From the IMG/VR virus record IMGVR_UViG_3300048858_000147, positions 1 to 35,386 of that record: a stretch of DNA of 35,386 nucleotides. One strand, written 5' to 3'. Shown piece by piece: positions 1 through 9,515 of the stretch; positions within the stretch are counted from its first letter, which is position 1, and each line of letters opens with the position of its first letter. The position numbers and the translations under genes are program-made. Source of the stretch: a virus. Taxonomy: Duplodnaviria; Caudoviricetes. The notes beneath the pieces are model-generated. The model did no database searches and was not told the origin of the DNA. It worked only from the letters and a program-made list of their open reading frames with translations.

Positions 1-228
1 ATGTCACTACCCAATATCCACGTCGTTCCCACCGACAAGCATGGGTGGGCGGTCGAAGTGGAAGGGACCGACGGCGCGACCACGCACTACCCTTCGCAGG
101 AAGAGGCGATTGCCGCCGGCACGCAGAAGGCCAAACAGGATCGCGTGGAGCTATTTATCCATGGGCGCGACGGGCAGATCCGCGAACGCAACAGCTTCGG
201 CAACGACCCCGCCCGATCGAAGGGATAA
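1..228 (+). CDS. DUF2188-family small protein
   Basis: HVVP...GWAV...G...SQEEAI..G...A...ELFIHGRDGQIRERNSFGNDP matches the DUF2188 pattern; begins at the window edge. Confidence 0.85.
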   Translation: MSLPNIHVVPTDKHGWAVEVEGTDGATTHYPSQEEAIAAGTQKAKQDRVELFIHGRDGQIRERNSFGNDPARSKG

Positions 229-537
229 GCGTTGCAGGCCATTGGCTGAAAACGCCGTTCCTGCAGGCCCCGCGACGCGCGCGTCCGTGGTGCGCGGTGG
301 CGACAGCCGGCGACGGGCCCATGACAGCTGTTCGGATACGTAGCCATCCCAGGCAAGAGGCAGCGCGCCCCGCGCCCGCCTTCCATGACGCCTATATGTG
401 ACGGTTTTTGCTGCGGACTTGCGTTATCGGTGCCGCAGTCCTTTCGCATCGTGTCACTCCCGCAGACCATTGCCGGGCCCCGTGGCCTAGGGGTGGGAGC
501 GGTCGGACGACCCTCTCCATTTCCAACAGGAGCATGG

Positions 538-816
538 ATGAAACGCGATGCAGACATCGAATACCAGATCCTCACGGCCCTCGAAAGGGCCGTCAGTTAT
601 CACGTGTACTGTCCTCACCTGGGCATTCGCGCGCCCGACGGTTCAATGGCCGCCTACGAGACGACACGCGGCCATCTTCTCTGGCTGAGCGACCGCGGCA
701 TCGTGGCCGAAACCAAGTCCAATCACTGGCGACTGACCGCTGCTGGCCATGTGGAACTGGAGCGGTTACGGCAGCGCGGTACGCCGCGCCCGGAAGAGAG
801 CATGGAAGACGATTGA
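538..816 (+). CDS. Hypothetical protein, possible winged-helix (DUF2513-like)
   Basis: ATG at 538 after AGGAG; MKRD..I...IL start and WRLTAAGH..LE end resemble DUF2513-type proteins. Confidence 0.5.
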   Translation: MKRDADIEYQILTALERAVSYHVYCPHLGIRAPDGSMAAYETTRGHLLWLSDRGIVAETKSNHWRLTAAGHVELERLRQRGTPRPEESMEDD

Positions 817-927
817 AGCCTGCTGACCGGCCCTCGCCAGGCTATCGAACGCTTGCCCAGCCAAGGACTGGGCGGGCGCATCGTCTTTGTGGCGAATCCC
901 TTTACGTATGGCTGGATGCGGCCGTTA

Positions 928-947
928 TACTGTATATCCATACAGTA
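928..947. promoter_or_regulatory. LexA (SOS) box
   Basis: TACTGTATATCCATACAGTA = CTG-N10-CAG, two mismatches from the ideal consensus; 13 bp before ATG 961. Confidence 0.9.
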
Positions 948-960
948 TATCCAGCGTCAC

Positions 961-1359
961 ATGCATTCCCGCGGCAACGAACACCTATGGGCAAAAGCGA
1001 TCGCCGCGGGCGAAGTCGAAGCCTCTCCGGCCCGACAACGCTTCCGGGCACCACTGACATCCGTGGAAATGCGCGCCATGTACCTACGGAATCGAACACC
1101 GGAGGTACGCGCCCTGCTATGGGAGGTGGCCCGCCTGCACGCCATCGTGCGCCGCGCCAATCAACTCGCCGCCTGCTTTCCGCTCTACGATAACCAGACC
1201 ACCGCTTCCTCGTTCCATATCATTCTGGAAGCGCTGCGGCGCGAGCTCGCGCTCGAGCCATGCATTCACCGTGACGCCCACGCGATTGCGGGGCAATGGC
1301 CCGAGGAACTGGTCGATGCGATCGGACCGGGCAGACAAGTCAAAAGTCGCCGGCGATGA
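961..1359 (+). CDS. SOS-controlled prophage hypothetical protein
   Basis: ORF directly behind the SOS box; FRAPLT...RN..PEVRALLWEVARL motif recalled from prophage-end hypothetical proteins. Confidence 0.65.
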   Translation: MHSRGNEHLWAKAIAAGEVEASPARQRFRAPLTSVEMRAMYLRNRTPEVRALLWEVARLHAIVRRANQLAACFPLYDNQTTASSFHIILEALRRELALEPCIHRDAHAIAGQWPEELVDAIGPGRQVKSRRR

Positions 1360-1362
1360 GGC

Positions 1363-1791
1363 ATGCACGACAATAGCGGGCTGACCCACCCTCCGCTCTC
1401 TTCGATGCCAATCCTGGAACAGATCAAAACCTGGGCGCGCCGCCTGAAGCTGGAGATCGCGACCCTCTATTTCGTCTGCCGGCATCGGGGCACACCGTGG
1501 CCGGTAAAGCTGCTTGGAGTCCTGGTGGTCGCGTATGCGCTCAGCCCCGTCGATCTGATCCCGGACTTCATCCCGGTCCTCGGCTTTCTTGACGAAGCGA
1601 TTCTGTTGCCAGCGCTGATCTGGCTCGGTGTCCGGCTGACTCCGGCCCCGGTATTGGCGGAATGCCGGGCCAAGGCGCATGAGCGCGATGCCGCGCGGTC
1701 ACGGCTGCCTAGAAGCTATGCAGGCGCGGCGGCTATCGTGCTCGTCTGGGCCGGCGCGGCGTATGGCGTGTGGTGGTGGTGGAAGGGATAA
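1363..1791 (+). CDS. YkvA/DUF1232 membrane protein
   Basis: YALSPVDLIPDFIPVLGFLDE signature; hydrophobic C-terminus; true start may be a downstream Met. Confidence 0.9.
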   Translation: MHDNSGLTHPPLSSMPILEQIKTWARRLKLEIATLYFVCRHRGTPWPVKLLGVLVVAYALSPVDLIPDFIPVLGFLDEAILLPALIWLGVRLTPAPVLAECRAKAHERDAARSRLPRSYAGAAAIVLVWAGAAYGVWWWWKG

Positions 1792-1867
1792 GCGAGGCCG
1801 CGATATGCCGGCTATTGCGATATGGCGAATCGCATGGCAATGCATTCCCTGTCCGATTCTCCCAACC

Positions 1868-2422
1868 CTACCGAGGTTCGTCCCTCTTCCCGCTCAGCGC
1901 ATCGTATGCTCGTTCGCAGGCCTGACCGGCGATGCGGGCCGAATCGGCGTACTCAGCCAAGACTCCCGCTCGACGGTCAGCGCGGCCGAGCACGTCGGCA
2001 AGCATTCCGATGGGATCGCCGGCTGACGTGCCACCGCAGGAAGAGCGGGAATCGCCGGCGGCGGGACGGGCGGCAACAAGGTCGGCGACCCGCCGGCGCA
2101 GCCGCTCAGCAGCAGCATCAGCATCACGGGCAGCCATCCTGGCCGACTTCGCTTCCTTGTTGGCCTCATCGACAATCTCCATCTGTGCCGCGAGGCGGCG
2201 TTGTTCTTCCCGGCGCGCATTGTCGACGGCAATCGCCGCTGCGGAGATTTGCGCACTGCGCTCTAGCACCTGCGCGGCGATGAGCCGTTCGATCCTGCTC
2301 TCCATGCGCCAGCCGTTTGTTGCCCAGCCAGCGACGAAGCCACCCCCCGCAATGGCTAGCGCTGCGACGGCTCGCCACGGCATCGCCGCGGTTGCCGACC
2401 GAATGGCGGCGCCTTCGATCAT
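1868..2422 (-). CDS. Rz-like i-spanin (DUF2514-type)
   Basis: N-terminal TM (AVAALAIAGGGFVAGW), coiled coil, C-terminal YADSARIAGQACERAYDAL; last gene of lysis cassette. Confidence 0.88.
   Translation of the reverse strand: MIEGAAIRSATAAMPWRAVAALAIAGGGFVAGWATNGWRMESRIERLIAAQVLERSAQISAAAIAVDNARREEQRRLAAQMEIVDEANKEAKSARMAARDADAAAERLRRRVADLVAARPAAGDSRSSCGGTSAGDPIGMLADVLGRADRRAGVLAEYADSARIAGQACERAYDALSGKRDEPR
1894..2169 (-). CDS. Rz1-like o-spanin lipoprotein embedded in Rz
   Basis: Alternate frame inside Rz: basic N-terminus MRPTRKRSR, hydrophobic stretch, lipobox LLSGC, Pro-rich mature part with Cys residues. Confidence 0.8.
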   Translation of the reverse strand: MRPTRKRSRPGWLPVMLMLLLSGCAGGSPTLLPPVPPPAIPALPAVARQPAIPSECLPTCSAALTVERESWLSTPIRPASPVRPANEHTMR

Positions 2423-2494
2423 GGCTCGCTCTTCACGAACGGGCGGCACATTGAAGTTCCGGTGCGGCGCATGGTTTTATGCGGCCCGCGCCCT

Positions 2495-2827
2495 TCACGA
2501 AACAGGTCCATCCAGCCTCTCCTTCAGATATCGAACTTCGGCGGTAAGCTCGGCGATCGTTCGCTTCAGATCACCGATCTCGCGCAGCAGATCGTTGCGC
2601 TCCTTGTAGGCGACGTCCGCGCGCTGTTCGGCCGAGTCTGCCCGGGCCGTCGCCTTGTCCAATTGCTCGGACAGCCGCTGGATAATGTCGATCTCCGCCT
2701 TGCTCTGGACCCCTTCGATTCTGTCGTTTCGCCACACCTGCCGGATCAACCAGGCTCCACCGCCGATCGCGGCCATGATTGCCCCGACCGCACCGCTCGT
2801 CCCCCCTGGCATCCCCCAATCATTCAT
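2495..2827 (-). CDS. Putative holin (single TM + coiled coil)
   Basis: Between endolysin and Rz; hydrophobic AVGAIMAAIGGGAWLI then charged coiled coil; GGAAGG RBS before ATG 2827; paralog at 29465-29842. Confidence 0.6.
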   Translation of the reverse strand: MNDWGMPGGTSGAVGAIMAAIGGGAWLIRQVWRNDRIEGVQSKAEIDIIQRLSEQLDKATARADSAEQRADVAYKERNDLLREIGDLKRTIAELTAEVRYLKERLDGPVS

Positions 2828-2851
2828 GTCCGTCGTCCTTCCCATTGGGCG

Positions 2852-3358
2852 TTACGACCCGATGTCGATGCCGCCAAACGCGACGTACCTCTGGCGCAGG
2901 ACATCGAGTCCGTGTTCGCGCTGCCCATAACCCGCGCCCGGAAGGCTGGCCCACTCCAGCCGGCATTTCCTCACGGCCTTTTCGAATCGGCCCTGCATCA
3001 GTTCGGGCAAGGCACCCCGGCGCGTCACCAGATATGCCGCGACCTTGTCCTGCGACATTGGAGAGAAATCGTGCACGCCACAGGCTCGGCTAGCCCAGTC
3101 CCACGTGTCCGTACGGATCCGTCCGGGAATCGCGGCCATGATTTGATATCGGCCTGCCGCATCGCTCCATCCCCAACGGGTAAGCACTGCACGACGGGGA
3201 TGTTCGGCGTAGCTCGCGAACGTGGACCCGCCCACATTGACGTTGTAGCCGTCGTCGCTTCCGGTCATTGTGGACGTTCCTTCGCTGTACGCGAGCATGT
3301 CGAGGAAGGCCGCCATGTTCCTTCCCCCCGGAAGGGCGTTCCATTCTGTACGAGGCAT
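2852..3358 (-). CDS. Endolysin, lambda R-type lytic transglycosylase
   Basis: AFLDMLAYSEGT (catalytic Glu), GYNV.VGG, HPR, AAGRYQI, FSP.SQD, WASLPGAGYGQ motifs. Confidence 0.93.
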   Translation of the reverse strand: MPRTEWNALPGGRNMAAFLDMLAYSEGTSTMTGSDDGYNVNVGGSTFASYAEHPRRAVLTRWGWSDAAGRYQIMAAIPGRIRTDTWDWASRACGVHDFSPMSQDKVAAYLVTRRGALPELMQGRFEKAVRKCRLEWASLPGAGYGQREHGLDVLRQRYVAFGGIDIGS

Positions 3359-3390
3359 CTTCCACCCTCCACATATAAAGCTGCCTGCGT

Positions 3391-3416
3391 AAAAAAGCCC
3401 CTGGATGGAGGGGCTC
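3391..3416 (-). terminator. Intrinsic terminator ahead of the lysis cassette
   Basis: Minus strand AGCCCCTCCATCCAGGGGCT hairpin + T run. Confidence 0.7.
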
Positions 3417-3438
3417 GTTCATCGTCGTTCTCGGTGAT

Positions 3439-3849
3439 TCAAGCAGGCTTACTGGGCCACTCCACAGCGGCCGGGAATCCAGGCTTGCGATCGAGCGCCC
3501 GTAAGGCTTTGCGGTATTCGCTAAACGCACGAAGCCGCTCCTCGTCTTCGACCGTTAGCTCCCCGAGGACAAACTCGTCCATCAATGGCGACATCAATCG
3601 GTCCGCCTCGGCTAACAGCATGTCCCTGATCCCGAGGATTTCCGCCACAGTCGGGGGTGGCGCGATAGGCTCGGAGAACTGCCAGTTGCCATCTTGCAGA
3701 CGCGCCGCATGCCAGCCGAGTTTCGGCATTGGCTCAGTCTTCGAAATGTCCGCCCACACAAGATCCGGGTGGAACATTCGTGCAATGTCTCCATCAGTGG
3801 AGAACACTTCGACTACCTGGCCGTCGGCCACACGAGCGTATGTTTTCAT
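3439..3849 (-). CDS. Tail fibre assembly chaperone
   Basis: Coupled to fibre stop; C-terminal RD.LL.EAD...PL.D...YRKALRALD...FP..VEWP.KP typical of tail assembly chaperones. Confidence 0.85.
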   Translation of the reverse strand: MKTYARVADGQVVEVFSTDGDIARMFHPDLVWADISKTEPMPKLGWHAARLQDGNWQFSEPIAPPPTVAEILGIRDMLLAEADRLMSPLMDEFVLGELTVEDEERLRAFSEYRKALRALDRKPGFPAAVEWPSKPA

Positions 3850-5108
3850 CACGCAAACTCCCACACGATTACGATGCCGGGCGCGCCGTTACCACCCGGT
3901 ACTGCAGCGACAGCTTGACCGGCACCAACACCGCCCCCGCCCGCGCCTCGTCCCACAGCGTGTCCACCCTGCGAGGACGCCGTCCATGGCCCGCCTTCGC
4001 CGAATCTGGATTTGCCGCCCCTCCCGCCCAAGACGTTGGTAATCACGTCCAATGCGAAAGTCGGCCCCCCGGATGCGCCAGGCACACCAACTATGTTGGC
4101 CCCGGCGGGAAGGCCCCCACCGGCCGCCCCGCCAAGACACCGCGGCGGCGGCCCGACCACCCCGCCGGAAGCGGCGCCGCTGCCACCGAACGCACTGAGA
4201 AGGGATCCGAATGACGACGTGCCCCCGTTGCCGCCGCCACCAGCCACCGTCGAGGTACCCCCAATGCCAACAGTCACCGGCACGCTAGGCGAGAAGCCGC
4301 TTGTGTATCGGCCCATTCCGTATGACCCGGAGCCTCCAGAGGCCGAGATTGCGGTCTGGCCGCCCGCGGTGACTGGCGTACCACCGCCTGCACCGCCTCC
4401 TCCCTGGGCCTCCACGATGACGCTGGTCGTGCCCGCCGTCGGCGTATAGGTGCCGCTGGCCGTGAAGACCTTGACGCCAATGAGGCGGCCGACCGCTTGG
4501 CCAAGTTGCATGGCATGCATCGAGCGCGTCGCCGATGGCACTTGCGACGCGCCTCCCGAGCAGCCCACGAGAACCCAGCTGCCAGAATCCTGCTTCCAGA
4601 CAACCAAGGCCTTCCCGTTCGCCGCCAGCTCGGCGCCCTGCAAGGCGCCGTGACCCATCCCCAGTATCGGCATAGGACCGGTGCCATTGACATTGAGCGT
4701 CGATGCACCCGTATTCGCGGATTTCACCTGGAACCACAACGCCATGCCGTCCTCCAGCGCGGCGATGGCGGGACTATAGTTGACGACATAGGCGTTGGTC
4801 GTACCAATGTCCGTCGCCACGACCGGAGAGCCGGACTGCATTGCCCCCGCGATACCTTTCGTCAGGGCATCGCCCATGTCGGCAGTCAGCGCATGGCCCG
4901 TTTCATCCGCCAATGTCCGAAACTGGGCGAACAACCACGCAGCCTTCTCGTCGTTCAGCTGTTGAACCTTGTTGAACTGTTCGACCGAGGGCGGGGTTGC
5001 GCCAATGAAGGCCCATCCCTGCTTGTATTGATTCTCGTCGATGGTTTCGGTACCACCGTTCAGCGCCCACGGCGTCTCAAAGTTATCGAAGAAATTTACG
5101 TCTGCCAT
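3849..5108 (-). CDS. Tail fibre protein
   Basis: Follows DUF2612 gene; N-terminal GW..IG.TPPSVEQFN anchor, NTGASTLNVNG.G middle domain, Gly-rich C-terminal domain ending GAPGIVIVWEFA. Confidence 0.85.
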   Translation of the reverse strand: MADVNFFDNFETPWALNGGTETIDENQYKQGWAFIGATPPSVEQFNKVQQLNDEKAAWLFAQFRTLADETGHALTADMGDALTKGIAGAMQSGSPVVATDIGTTNAYVVNYSPAIAALEDGMALWFQVKSANTGASTLNVNGTGPMPILGMGHGALQGAELAANGKALVVWKQDSGSWVLVGCSGGASQVPSATRSMHAMQLGQAVGRLIGVKVFTASGTYTPTAGTTSVIVEAQGGGGAGGGTPVTAGGQTAISASGGSGSYGMGRYTSGFSPSVPVTVGIGGTSTVAGGGGNGGTSSFGSLLSAFGGSGAASGGVVGPPPRCLGGAAGGGLPAGANIVGVPGASGGPTFALDVITNVLGGRGGKSRFGEGGPWTASSQGGHAVGRGAGGGGVGAGQAVAAVPGGNGAPGIVIVWEFA

Positions 5109-5770
5109 CAAATGCCCCTTGTCATTACTCCCACACCAAACCCGTAAAACCCCTGGCCGGAAAAACCAAACGGCGTCTCCGACGAGCCCGTGATGATCTT
5201 TACCCCCACGCCCGCAGCCTTCGGCACCCACCGGTACGGGTTGTTCATCAACACATCGGTCGGCCCCGGAATCTTGCTCACCCAGATGCGGATCTTTGCG
5301 TTGCCGGCGTCCTGGACAATCACGCGGTCCACGCCAAAAATCGGCTTCAGAGCGGCGGCGATCTCCGGCGCCGTGCCATGCCCGTTATTCAGCGCGATCT
5401 TCCAATACAGCAGCTTGCGGTACTCAGGGTCCTGCAGCGTCGTCGATCCCACCAGCGGGTTCTCATAGGACCGGCGAAGTCGGGCCTGACCGAAGCCGTT
5501 GATCGCCGGCTGGCCAGCAAACCCGAAGAACGCCGTGAAGATCGCCTCGTCGATAACCCTGGAAAGGCCGACAACCTCCCCGATCCCGTCCAGTTGCCGG
5601 CCCTCCGCCGCGTCCAGCCACCGCTGTTGGAAAAGCTCCCGAAGCGCGCCCTGAATACCCTGCGCGGGCTTCAGCAGCGCGCGGACCAGCGCCTCGAGCC
5701 TTGGCTTGCCGTCGAACTGGCCCAGCCAATGGCTCCAGGCTGTACCGGGATGATCCTGTTGAAGGTCCAT
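5108..5770 (-). CDS. Baseplate protein (DUF2612-type)
   Basis: LD.AEGRQLDGIG.VVG..R, FFGF, L.DPEYRKLL..KI..N motifs; located between J-like gene and fibre. Confidence 0.85.
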   Translation of the reverse strand: MDLQQDHPGTAWSHWLGQFDGKPRLEALVRALLKPAQGIQGALRELFQQRWLDAAEGRQLDGIGEVVGLSRVIDEAIFTAFFGFAGQPAINGFGQARLRRSYENPLVGSTTLQDPEYRKLLYWKIALNNGHGTAPEIAAALKPIFGVDRVIVQDAGNAKIRIWVSKIPGPTDVLMNNPYRWVPKAAGVGVKIITGSSETPFGFSGQGFYGFGVGVMTRGI

Positions 5771-7221
5771 CACGACACCTCGACGCGAGAGAGATCGAAC
5801 TTCGCGACTTCAAAGTCCTGGATAGTGATATTCGCTGGCGAAAAATCCGTCGGCTGCGGGTCGAACGCCGGATCGGTCGAGTGCGCGAAGGTCAGATCGA
5901 CATGCGCGATGCCGGGCGTTGCGTAGATCGCGCTGTAGAAGCGCTGCTGCACCACGTCCTGCCCGATACCGAGCGCGCTGCCGGCCGAGGCGATGCCATT
6001 GCCCACCTGCCTGAAGCCATCCGGCGGAAAGGACTGCTCGCTGGCAGGCAGCAGGCTGAGCCGCGCATGCACCCAGACATACACCGGCGACGGCCGGTCG
6101 AACCGCACGATGTGGCGATCGCCATCGTCCGCGCTGACTTCCACGGCGATGGCGCCGTGCGTATCGATGCCGGCGGCCTTCACCCGGTAGATGGCTGCGC
6201 CAATCTCGTCATCCAGGCCGCCGTCCACCACGACATGGATGCTGTGCGGTGGCCGCCCTAACGCATCCGTTGTGTCCGTATCGTTCTGGAAGTCCTTGAT
6301 GGCCGTGATGCCCGCAACCCGGTCTCGCACGTTCGGTGCAATGCTGGGCTTGGTCGCCGCTCCAAGGCGAAACAGGCCGGTCGGATACCGCGCGCGCAGG
6401 GCCGCATCGTTCTCGGTCATGCGCCCGACCGATGCGGCATGCAGATTCACGACCGATTCCCAGCCCTGCACCGTGGTGACAATGCCGTCGAGGTCGCCGG
6501 GAACGGCTGGCTCGGCCATCGGTGCCGTGGTTTCGCAAAGCACGGGGGAGCCAACGCGGGAGACTGAGAGCGGGCCACCTAGCGTCACGGCGAACGCGAC
6601 GCGGCCGTCGGACGTGACCCTGAGCGCTGCGCCATCGCTGGCGACGCTCAACCCTGACCGGGTGACCGCACTGACCAGGCCCGCCAGGACCTCGGCAATG
6701 GTCGGTGTCGCGTCCGACGTGAACGTGTAGTCGGCGCCGTCGATGGTGACGCGATATAGCTGATTGGCGGCCACGGCGGGAACGATCACCACGTCAGCCG
6801 CGGCACTCGTGCTGATGGTTACGTCCGCCGCGGTGGCCCAGACCGACTGCGTGGTGCGATGACGGATCTGCGAGCCGGCCGGCACCACGGTAGACACTGC
6901 TCCGTAGCAGACCACATAGCACCGCGACTTTTCCGCGGACAGTCGCCTTACGCCGGTGAACGAGACCGCATTGTCCAACGAGGTGCCGGACGCCGAGCCC
7001 GGATACATGGCCAGATACACGGCTTCCGCAAGCTCCCACAGCGCGGCTTCGCGCTCGGCGAAGGTATCGATCAGCAGTCCCGTGATCGAGTTGGGGCGGG
7101 TTTCCACGTCGCCGGTATAGCCGGCGTTGCGTAGCCTGTCGTTCAGGTCCTGCACGACTTCCTGCCGCAGTTCGGGCAGCCGAGGGCGAACGAATCCCTC
7201 CGGGGTTACACCGTAGGCCAT
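5770..7221 (-). CDS. Baseplate J/gp47-like wedge protein
   Basis: YGVT..GF.RP.L start, ASG.SLD, E.DAALR.R, PPHSI.VVVDGG motifs. Confidence 0.9.
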   Translation of the reverse strand: MAYGVTPEGFVRPRLPELRQEVVQDLNDRLRNAGYTGDVETRPNSITGLLIDTFAEREAALWELAEAVYLAMYPGSASGTSLDNAVSFTGVRRLSAEKSRCYVVCYGAVSTVVPAGSQIRHRTTQSVWATAADVTISTSAAADVVIVPAVAANQLYRVTIDGADYTFTSDATPTIAEVLAGLVSAVTRSGLSVASDGAALRVTSDGRVAFAVTLGGPLSVSRVGSPVLCETTAPMAEPAVPGDLDGIVTTVQGWESVVNLHAASVGRMTENDAALRARYPTGLFRLGAATKPSIAPNVRDRVAGITAIKDFQNDTDTTDALGRPPHSIHVVVDGGLDDEIGAAIYRVKAAGIDTHGAIAVEVSADDGDRHIVRFDRPSPVYVWVHARLSLLPASEQSFPPDGFRQVGNGIASAGSALGIGQDVVQQRFYSAIYATPGIAHVDLTFAHSTDPAFDPQPTDFSPANITIQDFEVAKFDLSRVEVS

Positions 7222-7242
7222 ATGGCGATTCCTTGTAGGTTG

Positions 7243-7602
7243 CTAGAGAAGGTACCGGCGGGCGATCAACCCTTCGTCGGTATCGGCTTCGAAGGCAATG
7301 GCGAGCGCTCTGCCCTGGTGGTCGATCATCAGATCCAGGCGACGGACGAAGCGCACGCCCTCGACCGCCGTGATACGGGTTCTGAAGATGGCTTCGATGG
7401 CGGCGCGGTCCGGCGTCTTGACCAGTACGCGCTCCAGGTAGGGAACGCCCACGGTGACATCCAGGAACCACTCACCCAACAGCGTCTGCAGCGAAACCTT
7501 GATCTGCTGAGCGATGCGCTCGGCGCCGTCGAGCAGCGAGGCGTCGCCGGAACGCGAAAGGTCCAGGTCATGGTCCGCCGCCAGTGCGAGGTCAAAGGTC
7601 AT
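7243..7602 (-). CDS. Baseplate wedge / sheath initiator (gp25-like)
   Basis: IAQQIK..L.TLLGEWFLD...GVPY motif; upstream of J-like gene. Confidence 0.8.
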   Translation of the reverse strand: MTFDLALAADHDLDLSRSGDASLLDGAERIAQQIKVSLQTLLGEWFLDVTVGVPYLERVLVKTPDRAAIEAIFRTRITAVEGVRFVRRLDLMIDHQGRALAIAFEADTDEGLIARRYLL

Positions 7603-8288
7603 CAGTGCGGCTCCGAGGTTTGTCCACCCATGCTGTCGGTATGGCGATGGCCATCCACAACCACGTTGTCCGAACGGATGGTGCCGCCGGCATGATGGAT
7701 ATCGCCGAGAATCGTCGTGCCGGCGGCACCGGCTTCACCGGCCAGGCCCTGCGCATAAGTGAGGAGCCCTTCGACTCGCAGCGTCTGCCGGAACACCGCC
7801 TTCATGTCCACCGTGAAGACACCCGGCCCGGCAAGCGTGGCGTCGCCCGAGGGAGACAGCTTCAGCGCGCAACTGCCGTACTGGACGCTGACGTTGTCGA
7901 TGTCAGCCGTGCCGGTGCCCGGCCGCAGCACGGGTGTCGCGAAGGCGTCCGACAGATCGAACTGACGGGGATCATCCGGTGCGCTGTCGGAACCCGACAG
8001 CCAGTTCTCCAGCGCGCGTTCGGAGAATGACAGCTTGACCGGATCGCCCGGCTTGAGCGGCACGGTGATCATGGCCAGCTGCCCCTGCACATCGCCGGTC
8101 GGCCAGCACACCGGCACCTGCACGATCAGTGGCGCCGCAAGGACCTGGCCGCTCGCGAGCTGCTTGGGCAGCGCGGGCCGCACCACCGCGCTGCGCCCGT
8201 CATAAGAGACGATGACACCGGGCAGCGTGGTATGGATGTCGGCCAGCTCCGTGGCAATCAGCCTGCGCAGTTCCGTGATATCGATCAT
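7602..8288 (-). CDS. Baseplate central spike (Gp138-type)
   Basis: IHTTLPG.IVSYD, VPV..P, P.KPGD.V.L.FSER.L..W, FDLSDAFA; C-terminal HRH metal-binding tip motif. Confidence 0.88.
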   Translation of the reverse strand: MIDITELRRLIATELADIHTTLPGVIVSYDGRSAVVRPALPKQLASGQVLAAPLIVQVPVCWPTGDVQGQLAMITVPLKPGDPVKLSFSERALENWLSGSDSAPDDPRQFDLSDAFATPVLRPGTGTADIDNVSVQYGSCALKLSPSGDATLAGPGVFTVDMKAVFRQTLRVEGLLTYAQGLAGEAGAAGTTILGDIHHAGGTIRSDNVVVDGHRHTDSMGGQTSEPH

Positions 8289-9196
8289 CTCTTTGTCTTC
8301 GGAGAAGCGTTGGGCTCCACCAGCTGCAATTCGGTGTGCCACTGTTCATCGTCGGTGTCGCCGGTGTGCCGCACGCTATCGGCGCGGTAGAAGCCGTTTG
8401 CCAGTCGGCTCTCCAGCTTCACCAGATCGCCCGGATTGATCTGCGGCAGCAGCAGCGATTGCACTTGCCAGCCGTCACGCTGCTGTGCGGCGCTTACCAG
8501 GTTCGCACGTGTGCCGCCTTGTCCGTTGCGGGACTTGTCCTTTTCGCTCGACGCTGCGCGGGTACGCTGCGGATAGCCCCGGAGTCCGGAATCGGCCGCC
8601 AACACCACCGCCTGGCGCCGGGTGGTGCCGCGCTTTGCCACGACCTGCAGTGTCTGGTTCTGGATCGACCACTCGAGCCCGGTGCCCTGCACCACCTTGT
8701 GCAGCGCCTGGCGCGCGGGCCCGTAGAACGAGAAGCCGTTCTGCCAGGTCCGGTCCGGCACGTCCTGCGCCATCATCAGCGGCAGACCCATCTGCCGTGC
8801 CAGCTCGCGAACGATCGCGGTCGCCGCGACGCCGGGGCCATAGCCGAGCGTGACGGCGGTATCCCGGATTTCGACATAGCCATCGTGGACCTCCAGTTCG
8901 GTCACCACGTCGCTGCCGTCGAAGCGGGTCTGCGCCATCGTGATCGTTCCTGCCGCGATCAGGATGGCGCCATCCTCCTCGGCGTATCCGGCGTACAGCA
9001 GGCAGCGCAGGTCTGGCTGATCGATGCGATTGCGGGTATCCGGGGCAAGGTTGTAGAGCCGGATCTTGTGGACGTTCGGCTGCTCGCCGCTGTCCTTCGC
9101 AATCTCGAACTGGATGCGAACGGGCGCCGTGATTTCCAACCCCGGGCTGCCGGCACGACCCACCTGCAGCCGATAGACCCTATTGAAGCGTGCCAT
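8285..9196 (-). CDS. Baseplate hub protein
   Basis: I.FEI.K...PN...I.LYNL, AGY, WSIQN..LQ, SLLLPQINPG..V.L.S, HTGDT...W motifs. Confidence 0.85.
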   Translation of the reverse strand: MARFNRVYRLQVGRAGSPGLEITAPVRIQFEIAKDSGEQPNVHKIRLYNLAPDTRNRIDQPDLRCLLYAGYAEEDGAILIAAGTITMAQTRFDGSDVVTELEVHDGYVEIRDTAVTLGYGPGVAATAIVRELARQMGLPLMMAQDVPDRTWQNGFSFYGPARQALHKVVQGTGLEWSIQNQTLQVVAKRGTTRRQAVVLAADSGLRGYPQRTRAASSEKDKSRNGQGGTRANLVSAAQQRDGWQVQSLLLPQINPGDLVKLESRLANGFYRADSVRHTGDTDDEQWHTELQLVEPNASPKTKR

Positions 9197-9515
9197 TGGC
9201 CAGTTCCTCCGCCGTGATGTAGACGAGCGCCACGTCGCCCGAGGGCAAGGCCTCACGGCCGATGGTGTCGCGCAGGTCCGGCGTCACCGCGACGAGATCG
9301 CCCGCAGGCATGTGCAGATGGCGATACCGCTGCAGCAGCGGCGTGTCGGGGACCACGACGATGCCGCTGACGACGACGTCGTTGTAGGCGTTCTCGATCG
9401 AGAGCGTCCACAACTCGCCCTCGCTATTCCACGACAGATGGAGAAAGTACGTCTCTTCGTCCAGCACGATTTCTGTCAGGCTGTCGTTTGCGTCCAGCAC
9501 GGGAATCTTGAACAT
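9180..9515 (-). CDS. Small phage baseplate-associated protein
   Basis: Overlaps both neighbours; Y.L.L.WN....W.LSI pattern; position between tape-measure-distal gene and hub. Confidence 0.75.
   Translation of the reverse strand: MFKIPVLDANDSLTEIVLDEETYFLHLSWNSEGELWTLSIENAYNDVVVSGIVVVPDTPLLQRYRHLHMPAGDLVAVTPDLRDTIGREALPSGDVALVYITAEELANGTLQ

Noticed and set aside
2827-2845. Holin/antiholin dual start (MGRTTDM)
   Set aside because: The GGAAGG inside the extension looks like the RBS for the downstream start, and the upstream ATG lacks a clear RBS
3849-5108. Diversity-generating retroelement or invertible fibre switch between the two similar fibre tips
   Set aside because: No reverse transcriptase or invertase in the window; similarity is at the protein level, not a near-identical template/variable repeat pair
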